In this document: piece after piece, positions 28,255 through 37,389 of the stretch
How the letters are laid out: every line of letters starts with the position of its first letter
Position numbering within the stretch: position 1 is the stretch's first letter
From: an uncultured Verrucomicrobiae bacterium
GTDB taxonomy: Bacteria > Verrucomicrobiota > Verrucomicrobiia > Limisphaerales > UBA11358
Assembly: GCA_963806905.1 (NCBI GenBank)
Contig: CAWEAA010000002.1
Coordinates: 310,640 to 374,639 of the forward strand
Direction of reading: 5' to 3'
DNA: 64,000 nt
Notes under the pieces: generated by a model
What the model was told of the DNA's origin: nothing
The model's database searches: none
What the model saw: only the letters and a program-made list of their open reading frames with translations
Program-made: the position numbers and the translations under genes

Positions 28255-29388
28255 ATGAAGACTAACATAAAAATGATTTTCCCCATCACGCTGGCCGCGC
28301 TTGTTGTCGGAGCGTTCTCCACACCGGCCGCGGCTGACACTGCGTCCACAAATGCCGCACCGGCGCCGGTCGGCACGAACTCCAATCCCGAAGCCGCGAT
28401 GACCGCGTTGTTCGGCGACCCGGTGATTGTCAAAGGCAAGGGCCTTGAGATCAAGCAGAGCCAGTTGGATGCCGTGGCGAGCAACTTGAAAGAAATCTAT
28501 GCGGCCCGCGGATTGGCTGCGCCACCCAATCTGGAAGGGCAGGCATTGCAGGCGTTGATTTTTCAACAATTGATACTTGGCAAGGCCACCGAGGCCGACA
28601 AAGCCAGGGGCCGGGAGCAATTTAACACTTCGTTGCAGAAGTTAAAAGCCAACCAGCACCTGACGGATGAACAGTTTAATCAAACGCTGGAAAAACAGTT
28701 GATGCTGAGGGGACAGACCCGGAGCCAGTGGGAGAAACAGAACATTGAACAAGCCACCATCCCGATGGTGCTTGAACGTGAATTGAACATCAGTGTGACG
28801 GACGCCGCCGCAAAAGAATACTACACCAACCATCCGGCGGATTTTGAGCAACCGGACAAAATCCGACTGTGCGACATTCTACTATTGACCGTGAATCCGG
28901 GTACCGGCACGCCCCTGCCGGCGGATCAGCAGCAGGCCAAACGCAAAAAGGCGGATGACCTGCTCAAGCGCGCGCGCAGCGGCGAGAATTTTACGAATCT
29001 CGCGGCGCAATATTCCGAAGACCCTGCCTCGAAGGACAACAACGGTGAGCTGCCGCCTGCCTCACGAGACCAAATGAGTCCGGAACTCGCGGCGGCGGCG
29101 TTTTCGCTGACCAACAATCAGGTCAGCGATGTCATCGAAATATCTTACGGTTATTATATCATCAAGCTGCTGGACAAAATTCCGGCCAAAAAACTGGATT
29201 ACGCGACTGTGGCCGACGATCTGAAAGACGCGTTGAAGCGGCAGAAAATCACCGGCCAGGCGCCGGCCTATCTGGAGAAATTGAAAAAGGCATCCGGTGT
29301 GGAAATTTTGGACCCAAAGCTGGAGGCCATGGAAATGGCCGTGGAAGCAGCCATGTCCAACTCGCCCGCCATGACGCCAGAAAAATGA
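28255..29388 (+). CDS. Exported parvulin-type peptidyl-prolyl isomerase (PrsA/SurA-like)
   Basis: Signal peptide; FTNLAAQYSEDPASKDNNGEL...AFSL....VSDVIE..YGYYIIK. Confidence 0.88.
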   Translation: MKTNIKMIFPITLAALVVGAFSTPAAADTASTNAAPAPVGTNSNPEAAMTALFGDPVIVKGKGLEIKQSQLDAVASNLKEIYAARGLAAPPNLEGQALQALIFQQLILGKATEADKARGREQFNTSLQKLKANQHLTDEQFNQTLEKQLMLRGQTRSQWEKQNIEQATIPMVLERELNISVTDAAAKEYYTNHPADFEQPDKIRLCDILLLTVNPGTGTPLPADQQQAKRKKADDLLKRARSGENFTNLAAQYSEDPASKDNNGELPPASRDQMSPELAAAAFSLTNNQVSDVIEISYGYYIIKLLDKIPAKKLDYATVADDLKDALKRQKITGQAPAYLEKLKKASGVEILDPKLEAMEMAVEAAMSNSPAMTPEK

Positions 29389-29434
29389 CGCGGGCTTGCC
29401 AAAAGCACCGCGTCCAGCCATGTTCGGAGGCGTT

Positions 29435-30212
29435 ATGAAAACAAAAATGGCCATTGTCATACTCACGGTGGTTTGTGCGGGGCTGGCGGTCGCTTTGATT
29501 GCCGCGAAGAAGACCACCAGCGACCAGTTGAAAAACAACGCGGCCGCCGTCCTCGACTTTTCCAACCAGTTGGTGACTGCCAACGACAACCTTGATGAAT
29601 TGCGGCAGGTCAATCTCCGGTTGACCAATGATCTCGCCGCCGTTCAACAGCAGAACGTCCCGGCTTTCCAACGGTCTGAGCGAAGCCTCCAGCGCGCTGG
29701 CCTCCGCCAAAGCGACGCTCCTGGGCGCCCAGGACCAGATCGCCAACCTGAACGGCCGCATCAGCGACTTGGAAACACAAAACAAGGTGCTGGATGATCG
29801 CGCCACCGCGTTGACCAACACCATCGCCGCGCTTAACGGACAAATCGCCGACACCGAACAGAAACTCGCCAATTCCGAGACCAACAATGTCTTTCTTGAA
29901 AAGGAACTGCAGCAGCAAATCGCCCAAAGGGCCGAATTGGAACATAAGTTCGATGACATCAATGAAGTCCGCGCCCAGGTCAAAAAATTGCGCGACGAAC
30001 TGTTCGTTGCCCGCCGGTTGGAGTTGATGCGCGCCGGCATCACCGACCAGAAGGGCGCCCAACTGCTCGTGCAGCCGCGCACCGTTGCCACCACCGCCGC
30101 CCCGGCCAACCTGCCGCCGCATTACGATTTGAACGTGGAAGTCGGTTCCGACGGCTCCGTCCATGTCATTCCGCCGCCGACCAGTCCGATGACGAATACG
30201 CCGGCGCGTTAA
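29435..30212 (+). pseudogene. Membrane-anchored coiled-coil protein split by a +1 frameshift near 29654
   Basis: MKTKMAIVIL...AVQQQ continues as TSRLSNGLSEASS... if one A of CAG-A-ACG is removed. Confidence 0.75.
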
Positions 30213-30249
30213 ACGGCTGGCGCGGCGAAGATTTGTTCGCAAATTGCCG

Positions 30250-30561
30250 ATGCCGACTTACGAATATATTTGCGAGAAATGCGGGCACGAGTTTGAGGCC
30301 ATTCAATCCATTTCCGCCAAACCGCTGCGGATGTGCCCGGAAGCATCCTGCGCCCGGAAAAAATGGGGGCGCGGCCGCGTGAAGCGCAAAATCAGCGCCG
30401 GTGGCGGCCTGTTATTCAAGGGCAGCGGCTTTTATATCACCGATTACCGCAGCGAAGGCTACAAACAGGCGGCCAAAAAGGATTCCACCGCTCCGAAAAC
30501 CTCCAGCGGTGATGCCAAATCCGCGCCCGCAAAAGCCACAACCGGCGCGGCCAAGAAATGA
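30250..30561 (+). CDS. FmdB-family zinc-ribbon protein
   Basis: MPTYEYICEKCGHEFE...CP...C...FKGSGFYITDY. Confidence 0.9.
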   Translation: MPTYEYICEKCGHEFEAIQSISAKPLRMCPEASCARKKWGRGRVKRKISAGGGLLFKGSGFYITDYRSEGYKQAAKKDSTAPKTSSGDAKSAPAKATTGAAKK

Positions 30562-31952
30562 TTCAAACGCTTCAACGTTGCATCGTTGCATCGTTGCACC
30601 GGTCGGGCAGTTTGACGGTTCAACCCCTGCTCATTTGGGGTGTGCTGTTTCTGCCGGTGTTTGTCAGCGGGCAACCTTCCACGCCGGTTGTAAATTCCGT
30701 GCAGAGCGCTTCCGGCCAGTTCGTCGCGACCAGCCCGTCGCAATTTTCACCGCTCGTTCCTTGGCCCCGCGTGGCAACCAATAACAATCTTGTCCGGCTG
30801 GACCCGGCCTTGCTGTCGGTCTCTGCCGAGCGCATCAAAGATTCGCTCCGGCGCAAGCTCGGCATTGCCCCCAACGAGCCATGGCAGGGGAAAATTTTTC
30901 TGGTCCTGCATCCGGCGCAATCGCTCGACGAAGACGTCACGATTGTCTCCCAACCCTTCCTCAACGGCTGGAATTATCAGGTGCAATTGCCGGATGTTCT
31001 GTCGCAAACCCGTTTCCTGCGCACGATGACCGGTGTGTTGCTACTGGAATTGGCCAATCGCAATGCCACGGGCGCGCGTGCTGCGGAAATCCCCGGCTGG
31101 CTGACCGACGGCTTGTCGCAACAATTGTCCGACGCCGGTTCGCCGGAAATTATTCTGTCGACGCCGGGCAGACTCGTGGATGGCCTGCCGCAGAACCGCA
31201 TGATCACAACGCAACGCGGGGTGGACCTGCTCGCCGACGCGCGCCGTGTGTTGCGCGACCATGCCGCGCTGACGTTCGACCAATTGAGCTGGCCGGCCGA
31301 CGCCCAATTGGCCGGCGGGGACGACGGGGTGTATCGTGCCAGTGCGCAATTGTTCGTGAGTGAATTGCTCCGCCTGAAAAACGGCCCGGCGCATTTGCGC
31401 GCGATGCTGGCGGCTTTGCCGGGTTGTTATAATTGGCAGACCGCATTTCAAAGCGCGTTTCGTGAAAATTTCCCGCGACCGCTCGACGTGGAGAAATGGT
31501 GGGCGCTGCAGGTCGTGAGTTTTGTTGCGCACAGTTCCGGTTTGCGGTGGACGCCCGCCGTCAGCCGCGAAAAACTGGATGAAATTTTGAGCGTGCCGGT
31601 GGAGGTCTGGACCGCGTCAAACACCCTCCCCGCGCGCACGGAAGTTTCCTTGCAGGCCGTCATCCGCAATTTTGAGCCGGCGCGCCAGGTGGCGATTCTT
31701 CAAATCAAATTGCGCGATCTCGAATTGGCGCAACTCCGCATGGCCGCGCCGTTGGCCGCCTTGACCGATGAATATCGCCGGGCCATTGCCGGCTATCTCG
31801 GCCAAAACCGGGAAGTCCGCCAGCCGGCCTGGAGCAAACATCCCGTGCCACAGAAAACGGGCGCGCGCGCGACGTTGAAAAAACTGGACGCGCTCGACGC
31901 GCAACGGCAAACCATCGAATTATCCATCAAACCGGTCGTTTGGACGCCGTAA
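30558..31952 (+). CDS. Hypothetical exported protein
   Basis: 464-aa ORF with host codon usage; hydrophobic N-segment; the first codons come from a CGTTGCA(T) heptamer repeat. Confidence 0.75.
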   Translation: MIQTLQRCIVASLHRSGSLTVQPLLIWGVLFLPVFVSGQPSTPVVNSVQSASGQFVATSPSQFSPLVPWPRVATNNNLVRLDPALLSVSAERIKDSLRRKLGIAPNEPWQGKIFLVLHPAQSLDEDVTIVSQPFLNGWNYQVQLPDVLSQTRFLRTMTGVLLLELANRNATGARAAEIPGWLTDGLSQQLSDAGSPEIILSTPGRLVDGLPQNRMITTQRGVDLLADARRVLRDHAALTFDQLSWPADAQLAGGDDGVYRASAQLFVSELLRLKNGPAHLRAMLAALPGCYNWQTAFQSAFRENFPRPLDVEKWWALQVVSFVAHSSGLRWTPAVSREKLDEILSVPVEVWTASNTLPARTEVSLQAVIRNFEPARQVAILQIKLRDLELAQLRMAAPLAALTDEYRRAIAGYLGQNREVRQPAWSKHPVPQKTGARATLKKLDALDAQRQTIELSIKPVVWTP

Positions 31953-31984
31953 AGCTTGAACGGGCGGCGCCAGCAATGGTCAAC

Positions 31985-32012
31985 TTGACAGGACGAAATT
32001 CAAACTTATAGT
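31985..32012 (+). promoter_or_regulatory. Candidate sigma70 promoter
   Basis: TTGACA-16 nt-TATAGT just upstream of ATG 32024. Confidence 0.65.
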
Positions 32013-32023
32013 TTCCATCTAAA

Positions 32024-33262
32024 ATGAAGGATGACAATTTGCAGGCGAATGACGAGGAGCCGCCATCAGGCCCCCGAATCCGATTTTTGAAGGAATTTCA
32101 CTCCGCTGGCCGCGGCTTCTGGCACGATGTTTCCGATGCCGATTGGAACAACTGGCGCTGGCAGCTCAAACACCGCATCACCACGCCGGAGCAATTGCAG
32201 CGGCTGATGCCCACGCTCACCCCGGAGGAATTCGCCGGCGCAAAACTGGCCAACCACAAGCTCGCGCTGGCCATCACGCCGTATTTTTTCAACTTGATTG
32301 ACCCGGCGGACGAACATTGCCCGATTCGCCTCCAGGTCATTCCGCACATTGAGGAAACCCACACCGCGTCGTGGGAGATGAGCGACCCGTGCGGCGAGGA
32401 TTCACACTCACCCGTCCCCGGTCTCGTGCACCGGTATCCCGACCGCGTGCTGTTCCTTGTCACCGACCGTTGCGCGGCGTATTGCCGTTACTGCACGCGC
32501 TCGCGGCTCGTCAGCAACGCCAGCGGCTACGATTTTCATCCCGAATTCGACAAACAAATCGCCTACATCGCGCAACACCCGGAGGTCCGCGACGTCCTGT
32601 TGAGCGGCGGCGATCCGTTGTTGTTAAACGATGAAAAATTGGAAAATCTTTTGAGCCGGTTGCGGGCCATCCCGCACGTCGAGTTTTTGCGCATCGGTTC
32701 GCGCATCCCGACTTTCCTGCCGCAGCGCATCACGCCCGAACTCTGCGCGATGCTGAAGAAATTCCATCCGCTGTTCATGAGCATTCACTCGAACCATCCG
32801 CGCGAACTGACCACGGAAGTCCGCGACGCACTGGGTCGCCTCGCCGATGCCGGCATTCCGCTCGGCAATCAGTCCGTCCTGCTTAAACACGTCAATGACG
32901 ACGCGGCGGTGATGAAGGCGCACATGCAAAAACTGCTGATGTGCCGCGTGAAGCCGTATTACCTTTACCAGTGCGATTTGATTTCCGGCTCGGCACATTT
33001 GCGCGCCAGCGTCCGCAAGGGCATCGAAATCATGACCCAATTGCGCGGCCACACGACCGGCTACGCCGTACCGCAATACGTCATCGACGCGCCCGGCGGC
33101 GGCGGCAAGGTGCCCATCGCCCCGGACTACGTTTTGAGCCACAACCCCGATCGCGTCGTGCTGCGCAATTACGAGGGCAAAATTTTCGAGTATCCGGAAG
33201 CCCCGGACGGCACACCGTGCGGCCAGCCGCCGAAGGAAATTGTCGAGCCGGAGTTGGTGTGA
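32024..33262 (+). CDS. KamA-family radical SAM enzyme (lysine 2,3-aminomutase-like)
   Basis: HRYPDRVL, CAAYCRYCTR, LSGGDPL, NQSVLL, DAPGGGGKVP. Confidence 0.92.
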   Translation: MKDDNLQANDEEPPSGPRIRFLKEFHSAGRGFWHDVSDADWNNWRWQLKHRITTPEQLQRLMPTLTPEEFAGAKLANHKLALAITPYFFNLIDPADEHCPIRLQVIPHIEETHTASWEMSDPCGEDSHSPVPGLVHRYPDRVLFLVTDRCAAYCRYCTRSRLVSNASGYDFHPEFDKQIAYIAQHPEVRDVLLSGGDPLLLNDEKLENLLSRLRAIPHVEFLRIGSRIPTFLPQRITPELCAMLKKFHPLFMSIHSNHPRELTTEVRDALGRLADAGIPLGNQSVLLKHVNDDAAVMKAHMQKLLMCRVKPYYLYQCDLISGSAHLRASVRKGIEIMTQLRGHTTGYAVPQYVIDAPGGGGKVPIAPDYVLSHNPDRVVLRNYEGKIFEYPEAPDGTPCGQPPKEIVEPELV

Positions 33263-33490
33263 ACCTTTAATCCTTTCCAAAAGGCGGTGGCGCCGGCAGC
33301 ACGCCAACGGTTGGATCTTCCCGCGCGGTCGGCGCGACGGATCGTAGTGTCCGGACGAAACGAACACCGCCTGCCGGGGAGACAGGTTTTGGATTGCCGT
33401 TCGTGGAGGGGGCTGCGATGTTGCACACATTATGCGGCGCCGAATCGGGCGTCGCGCGCTTAAGGTCGAGATGTTCAAAAAAGAAAGCCT

Positions 33491-34831
33491 ATGATGTCAT
33501 CTGACTTATCGGACTTCCTGGCCGCTATCAAACGACGTTACCCGTCGGAAACGGAATTTCACCAGGCGGTCACGGAAGTGGCCAAATCCGTCTGGCCGCA
33601 TATCGAAAAAAATCCCAAATACAAAAAGGCAAAAATCCTCGAACGCCTGATCGAGCCGGAGCGCGCCATCCTCTTCCGCGTGACGTGGATGGACCGCCAT
33701 GGAGCGGTGCAGGTCAACCGCGGCTACCGTGTGCAGATGAACAGCGCCATCGGGCCATACAAGGGTGGCCTGCGCTTTCACCCAACCGTCACGCTTGGCA
33801 CACTGAAATTTCTCGCGTTCGAGCAGGTCTTCAAAAACGCACTCACCACGCTGCCGATGGGCGGTGGCAAGGGCGGCTCGGATTTTGACCCGAAAGGCAA
33901 GACCGACGAGGAGGTCATGCGGTTCTGCCAGGCGTTCATGAGCGAGCTCTTTCGGCACATCGGGCCGGACACGGATGTGCCGGCGGGCGACATCGGCGTG
34001 GGTGGACGCGAGATTGGGTTTCTGTTCGGCCAATACAAGAAACTCTGCAACGAGTTCACCGGCGTGCTCACCGGCAAAGGCATCAATTGGAGCGGCAGCC
34101 GCATTCGTCCCGAAGCCACGGGCTACGGCCTGATTTATTTCGTCGAGGAAATGCTCCACACCCGCGGCCAGAGCATCGGTGGAAAAACCGTCGTGGTCTC
34201 CGGCTCCGGCAACGTCGCGCAGTTCGCCGCCGCGAAAGCCATCCTCATGGGCGGCAAGGTCGTCAGCTTCTCCGACTCGGACGGCTGCGTTTACGACCGT
34301 GACGGCGTGAACGAGGAAAAACTCGCTTTCGTCAAGGAACTCAAAGATGTCAAGCGCGGCCGGATCAAGGAATACGCCGACCATTTCCAATGCGAATACC
34401 ATGCGCGCCAACGCCCGTGGGATATCAAATGCGATGTCGCGCTGCCTTGCGCCACGCAAAACGAACTCAATGCCGACGAGGCCAATACACTCCTCAAAAA
34501 CGGCTGTTTCTGCGTCGCCGAAGGCGCGAACATGCCCTCCACTGCCGAGGCCGTGGATGTTTTTCTGGCGAACAAAATCCTGTTCGGCCCGGGCAAGGCC
34601 GCCAACGCCGGCGGCGTGTCCGTCAGCGGACTGGAAATGACCCAGAACAGCATGCGCCTGCAATGGACCAATAATGAGGTGGACAAGCGCCTCAACGACA
34701 TTATGAAGGCCATCCACAACCAATGCGTCCGCTTCGGCGAGCAGAATAGTTGGATCAATTATGTGGACGGCGCGAACATCGCCGGCTTCCACAAAGTTGC
34801 TGAAGCCATGCTGGACCAGGGCTTGGTTTAG
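33491..34831 (+). CDS. gdhA: NADP-specific glutamate dehydrogenase
   Basis: GPYKGGLRFHP, MGGGKGGSDFDP, DVPAGDIGVG, RPEATGYG, SGSGNVA, EGANMP. Confidence 0.96.
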   Translation: MMSSDLSDFLAAIKRRYPSETEFHQAVTEVAKSVWPHIEKNPKYKKAKILERLIEPERAILFRVTWMDRHGAVQVNRGYRVQMNSAIGPYKGGLRFHPTVTLGTLKFLAFEQVFKNALTTLPMGGGKGGSDFDPKGKTDEEVMRFCQAFMSELFRHIGPDTDVPAGDIGVGGREIGFLFGQYKKLCNEFTGVLTGKGINWSGSRIRPEATGYGLIYFVEEMLHTRGQSIGGKTVVVSGSGNVAQFAAAKAILMGGKVVSFSDSDGCVYDRDGVNEEKLAFVKELKDVKRGRIKEYADHFQCEYHARQRPWDIKCDVALPCATQNELNADEANTLLKNGCFCVAEGANMPSTAEAVDVFLANKILFGPGKAANAGGVSVSGLEMTQNSMRLQWTNNEVDKRLNDIMKAIHNQCVRFGEQNSWINYVDGANIAGFHKVAEAMLDQGLV

Positions 34832-34949
34832 GAACTGGAAGGCAGACCGCCCCGGCCGCCCCTTGACGGAAGCAGCCTTTTTGTTGGAACCATTTTCAGG
34901 TTTTGCTTCCGGCCTGATTTTTATTAACCTTCACAATAAATTAAATATT

Positions 34950-37226
34950 ATGGCCATAACTCATCAATGGAAATTCTTCCGCGCCGGCGGCTTCGACCAG
35001 GTCAAGCTCGAAACCGGCGCCGATCTGATGAACCTGGACCAACTTGACCAGAAGTTGTGGGTCGCCCTTGCCTGCCCCACCACCGGTCTGGAGTTCGATG
35101 CCAAGACGCTCGCGCTCGTTGACACGGACAAGGACGGCCGCATCCGCGCGCCCGAACTCATCGCCGCTGTCAAATGGGCCGGCTCCCTGCTCAAAAACGC
35201 GGACGAACTGGTCAAGGGCGGCGACGAACTTCCGCTGGCCGCGATCAACGAAGCCACGCCCGAAGGCAAACAGCTCCTTTCGTCCGCAAAACAAATTCTG
35301 GCCAACCTCGGCAAAAGAGACGCCACTGCCATTTCCGTCGAGGACGCTTCGGACGCGAACAAAATTTTCGCCAACACCGTTTTCAACGGCGACGGCGTCA
35401 TCATTGCCGAATCCGCCGGCGACGACGCCACCAGGGCCGTCATCGCTGACATTGCCGCCTGCATGGGCATTGTCACCGACCGTTCCGGCAAGCCGGGCAT
35501 TGACCAAACCAAGGCCGATGCGTTTTTTGCCGAAGCCCGGGCACACTCCGACTGGTGGAAACAGGCCGAAGGCGACGCGGAGATTTTGCCACTGGGCGAA
35601 GGCACCTCTGCCGCCGCCGCCGCCGTGAAAGCGGTCAAGGCCAAGGTGGACGATTATTTTACCCGGTGCCGGCTTGCCGCCTTTGATCCCCGCGCCATCG
35701 GGGCACTCAACCGCGAAGAGAAGGAATATCTGGCGTTTGCCGCCAAGGACCTCACGCTCACGGCCGCGGAAATCGCCGGCTTGCCGCTGGCGCACATCGA
35801 AGCAGACAAGCCATTGCCGCTGAAGGAAGGAGTCAATCCCGCCTGGGCCGCCGCACTCGCCACCTTGCACTCCGGTGCGGTGAAACCTTTGCTGGGAGAC
35901 CGTTCATCGTTGTCGGAACACGACTGGGCCGCTCTTACCGTCGGGCTGGGACCCTATGAGTGCTGGGCCGCCGGCAAGGTGGGCGCGGCGGTCGAGAAAC
36001 TCGGCCTCAAACGCGTGCGCGAAATTCTCGCCGGCCAGGCGAAGGAAACCATTGAGGCGTTGATTGCAAAAGACAAGGCACTGGAACCGGAAGCCACGGC
36101 GATCACGAACGTGGAAAAACTTGCGCGTTTCCACCGCGATCTCTTCACGCTCTGCGTCAACTTCGTCAATTTCAAGAAACTTTACAGCGCGGAGGCGCCC
36201 GCCATTTTCCAATGCGGCACGCTTTACCTTGACCAGCGTTCGTGCAGCCTCTGCCTCACCGTCGAAGACGCCGGGCGGCACGCGATGATGGCTGCCCTGG
36301 CCGGCGCCTACCTCGCCTATTGCGATTGCGTCCGCAAAGCCACCGGCGAAAAAATGAGCATCGCCGCAATTTTTTCGCAAGGCGACGACGACAACTTGAT
36401 GATCGGGCGCAACGGAATTTTTTATGACCGCAAAGGCCGCGATTACGATGCCACCATCACAAAAATTCTTTCCAATCCCATCAGTCTGCGCCAGGCGTTC
36501 TGGGCGCCCTACAAAAAACTGGTGCGGCTGGTCGAGGAACAGGTGGCCAAGCGCGCCGCGGCGGCGGACGCCGACGTGAACGCGAATCTCACCGCCACCG
36601 CCAGTGTCACCGCCGGTACTGCGGCCGGGCCGCAAAAGCCGATGTTCGATCCGAGCGTGATCGCGTTGTTGAGCGTCGCGGTCGGCAGCCTCGCGGCGGC
36701 GTTTGCCGGCATCGCCGCCTTTCTCGGCAAATTCGCGGCGTGGCAACTGCCCATCGTCCTGGCCGGCATCATGCTGATTGTTTCCGGCCCGTCGCTGATT
36801 CTGGCTTACATCAATCTCCGCAAGCGCAATCTCGGTCCGATCCTCGACGCCAACGGCTGGGCGGTAAATGCGAAGGCCAAAATCAACGTGCCGTTCGGCG
36901 CCAGCCTCACCCGCATCGCGAAACTGCCGCCCGGCTCGAAGGTGGACGTCAGCGACCGTTACGCCGAAAAATCCGCACTGTGGCCCAAGGTGCTCGTCTT
37001 CGTGTTCGTCATCTGGTGGATTTATGCCTTCCTCAACGACAGCGAGGGCCGGCTCTACCGCTGGACGGATGGGAAATATGGCAAGACACCAGTCGAAGTG
37101 CAAAAGGCACTTGATGCGAAGGCTGCTGAAAAAAAGGGTGTCGACGCCATTACCGCCGCGGCAACGGCCAAGGCGGCGAGCAGCGCTGCCACCAACGCGC
37201 CGCCTGCTACAGCGCCAAAACCGTAA
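34950..37226 (+). CDS. Large hypothetical membrane protein with EF-hand-like loop
   Basis: DTDKDGRIRAPEL loop; C-terminal hydrophobic segments; start at MAITHQW. Confidence 0.8.
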   Translation: MAITHQWKFFRAGGFDQVKLETGADLMNLDQLDQKLWVALACPTTGLEFDAKTLALVDTDKDGRIRAPELIAAVKWAGSLLKNADELVKGGDELPLAAINEATPEGKQLLSSAKQILANLGKRDATAISVEDASDANKIFANTVFNGDGVIIAESAGDDATRAVIADIAACMGIVTDRSGKPGIDQTKADAFFAEARAHSDWWKQAEGDAEILPLGEGTSAAAAAVKAVKAKVDDYFTRCRLAAFDPRAIGALNREEKEYLAFAAKDLTLTAAEIAGLPLAHIEADKPLPLKEGVNPAWAAALATLHSGAVKPLLGDRSSLSEHDWAALTVGLGPYECWAAGKVGAAVEKLGLKRVREILAGQAKETIEALIAKDKALEPEATAITNVEKLARFHRDLFTLCVNFVNFKKLYSAEAPAIFQCGTLYLDQRSCSLCLTVEDAGRHAMMAALAGAYLAYCDCVRKATGEKMSIAAIFSQGDDDNLMIGRNGIFYDRKGRDYDATITKILSNPISLRQAFWAPYKKLVRLVEEQVAKRAAAADADVNANLTATASVTAGTAAGPQKPMFDPSVIALLSVAVGSLAAAFAGIAAFLGKFAAWQLPIVLAGIMLIVSGPSLILAYINLRKRNLGPILDANGWAVNAKAKINVPFGASLTRIAKLPPGSKVDVSDRYAEKSALWPKVLVFVFVIWWIYAFLNDSEGRLYRWTDGKYGKTPVEVQKALDAKAAEKKGVDAITAAATAKAASSAATNAPPATAPKP

Positions 37227-37389
37227 AAATCATCATCGTTTGAAGGGCCGGAGTTGGTTTGATTTCTTGACGGGAAGCGCTACGGCTGTTCTCGACGGGC
37301 AACATTAGTCTTGTGCGGATATCGACAACGGAGTAGAATATCGCCTGTTCCACGCAGATTGTCAGAGTGGATAAAGTTGTCTGACTGCC

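Noticed and set aside
33263-33490. GC-rich gdhA leader as a riboswitch or ncRNA
   Set aside because: No recognisable riboswitch consensus by eye; an Rfam/Infernal scan would be needed.
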